In this document: piece by piece, positions 59,885 to 61,156 of the stretch | Numbering within the stretch: the first letter of the stretch is position 1 | Layout: the number at the start of each line of letters is the position of its first letter | Assembly: GCA_013115145.1 (NCBI GenBank) | Contig: JAAPAO010000153.1 | Location: 1-61,156, forward strand | Origin: Perkinsus chesapeaki ATCC PRA-425 | Taxonomy: Eukaryota > Protista > Perkinsozoa | Direction: 5' to 3' | Length of the DNA stretch: 61,156 nucleotides | The notes under the pieces: generated by a model | What the model saw: the letters and a program-made list of their open reading frames with translations, nothing else | Told to the model about the DNA's origin: nothing | Databases searched by the model: none | Translations under genes and position numbers: made by a program

Positions 59885-60549
59885 TCAAAGAGCCGCTTGC
59901 ATCTTGCTAAGCACCTAGAAAAGCATGTCAAGCCCCGTCACCCGGCCTTCAGTACTACCTTATTGGCCTGCTCAGGAGTTATCATCTCCTTGGAGCTAGC
60001 TGGGAACTTGATGCCCAGCGTATCGTTATTATAACGAGGTATCACATGTACGTGTACGTGAGGGACCTGATATGAATACTGGAGAACATCAAACAACATT
60101 AGCTGCTACCTCTTGACCCGAGCACTTCCCGTTGTTTTGACAGATGTTAAGACCATCCGCCCCGGTGCCTAAGGATGCTATCTAACCACACGATGCCTTC
60201 AACCCTTTGAGTACCTTCCTTTACAGCCTTAGCTAGTTTAGGGAGGTCAGCAAGGAAGGCTGAAGCGACATCGGGGGGCATAGCATCCATAGTGGCGTAC
60301 CTTAATTTGAAGTAAGCCTCAGACATTAACGGAATCTTGTATTACCCCTCGACCTTTGGCAACAACAAAGCATGCCCTTCAGTTACCGGGAAGGCATCCA
60401 ATATTGCTAAGGAGTGCTCAGTTTCAAAAATCTTATGGGAAGGAATCTGACTCGCTGGATTCCACAGACGTGCACCTTCTCCCATGCATTACCTCGCCAC
60501 GAATAATCTTAGCGAAGATGTTGTTGTGATCGTAGTCTGCTCCGGACAT
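59885..60549 (-). CDS. HINT1: HIT (histidine triad) nucleotide-binding hydrolase, HINT-like, multi-exon
   Basis: MSGADYDHNNIFAKIIRGE|IPSHKIFETEHSLAILDAFPVTEGHALLLPK and the HVHVHVIPR triad. Confidence 0.88.
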
Positions 60550-60753
60550 ATATCAAGTGATTGTGCAATAAATGCTGCTGAACAATAAGACACCATCCGA
60601 TAGCTAATTATCGACTACTCATGAGATGATCATCGTAGAGGATAGAGTACTAGATTCGGTGAATGAAAAGCTAAAAAATGGACATTTTCTGTGAAGATTC
60701 CGACGAATAAATAATAATAAAGATTATCCAGTGGATAAAAACAACAGCTCAAA

Positions 60754-60820
60754 TGGTCGATGCAGGGCTCGAACCTGCGACCCTCGCGTTATTAGCACGA
60801 TGCTCTAACCGACTGAGCTA
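60754..60820 (-). pseudogene. tRNA-Ile(AAT) lacking its 5' acceptor strand (positions 8-73 intact)
   Basis: TA-GCTC-AGTCGGTTA-GAGC-A-TCGTG-CTAATAA-CGCGA-GGGTC-GCAGG-TTCGAGC-CCTGC-ATCGACC-A. Positions 1-7 read CCAAGCC and cannot pair with ATCGACC. Confidence 0.85.
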
Positions 60821-60984
60821 GGCTTGGGGGAAAATTTTGCCACGGCGGGGGAAAGAAAAAAAGAAGAGAAGAAAAGAAAAGAAAGGGCTTGCACGCACGC
60901 GCAAATGCGCGCGCTCACTTTGAAATCTGATCTATTTGGTGGTGCCATTGTTGACAACCATTTGTTGTTATTCCTGCCCAACAC

Positions 60985-61156
60985 ATGTCAAACCGGCATT
61001 CTCATAAGAGGGTTCAGCGACCATTATTACAACCCTTATACCGAGATGCATTGGACCGGTTAAGAAGAACAGGATCATGGACTATTGTAGGGCATATGAA
61101 GATAATGTCACTGTATATTTTACATCGCTCCGCCCCTCTAGGAGAAACGGCCCGAC
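60985..61156 (+). CDS. Possible first exon(s) of a gene running off the window
   Basis: MSNRHSHKRVQRPLLQPLYRDALDRLRRTGSWTI followed by a GTAGGG donor-like site, downstream of a GCGCGC-rich divergent intergenic region. Confidence 0.25.
   Translation, partial: MSNRHSHKRVQRPLLQPLYRDALDRLRRTGSWTIVGHMKIMSLYILHRSAPLGETAR

Noticed and set aside
60445-60490. HIT intron GTAATGCATGGGAGAAGGTGC...GGAATCC is faintly tRNA-Ala-like
   Set aside because: No TTCGA loop and the register is broken. Too degenerate to support without a covariance-model score.

Overview
This is eukaryotic, intron-rich genomic DNA with short GT-AG introns. Gene content and style suggest a Perkinsus-like alveolate, which is an inference and was not database-checked. 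Recognisable genes are a secreted S41-family protease with a decayed paralog, a RING/B-box/coiled-coil protein, a GCN5-type acetyltransferase, mitochondrial bL27, SF3B2, pyruvate:NADP+ oxidoreductase (PFO-CPR fusion), RPL35, a choline-transporter-like protein, small Cys-rich secreted proteins, a pepsin-like protease, a TPR-like protein, cytoplasmic dynein intermediate chain and a HIT hydrolase. A complete, apparently very young LTR retrotransposon with BEL/Pao-type motifs (identical 214-bp LTRs, 4-bp TSD GGCC, no canonical TGG primer-binding site) sits antisense in the last intron of the dynein gene. The most striking unexplained pattern is a series of tRNA-derived sequences tied to spliceosomal introns. 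It comprises one intact intronic tRNA-Asp, one pristine but 5'-truncated tRNA-Ile, and eight tRNA 3'-part relics in introns or putative introns. In two introns the tRNA body appears to supply the GT donor and the T-rich trailer the 3' splice signal, suggesting tRNA-derived intron formation. Exon/intron calls were made by eye, so some gene ends are approximate.
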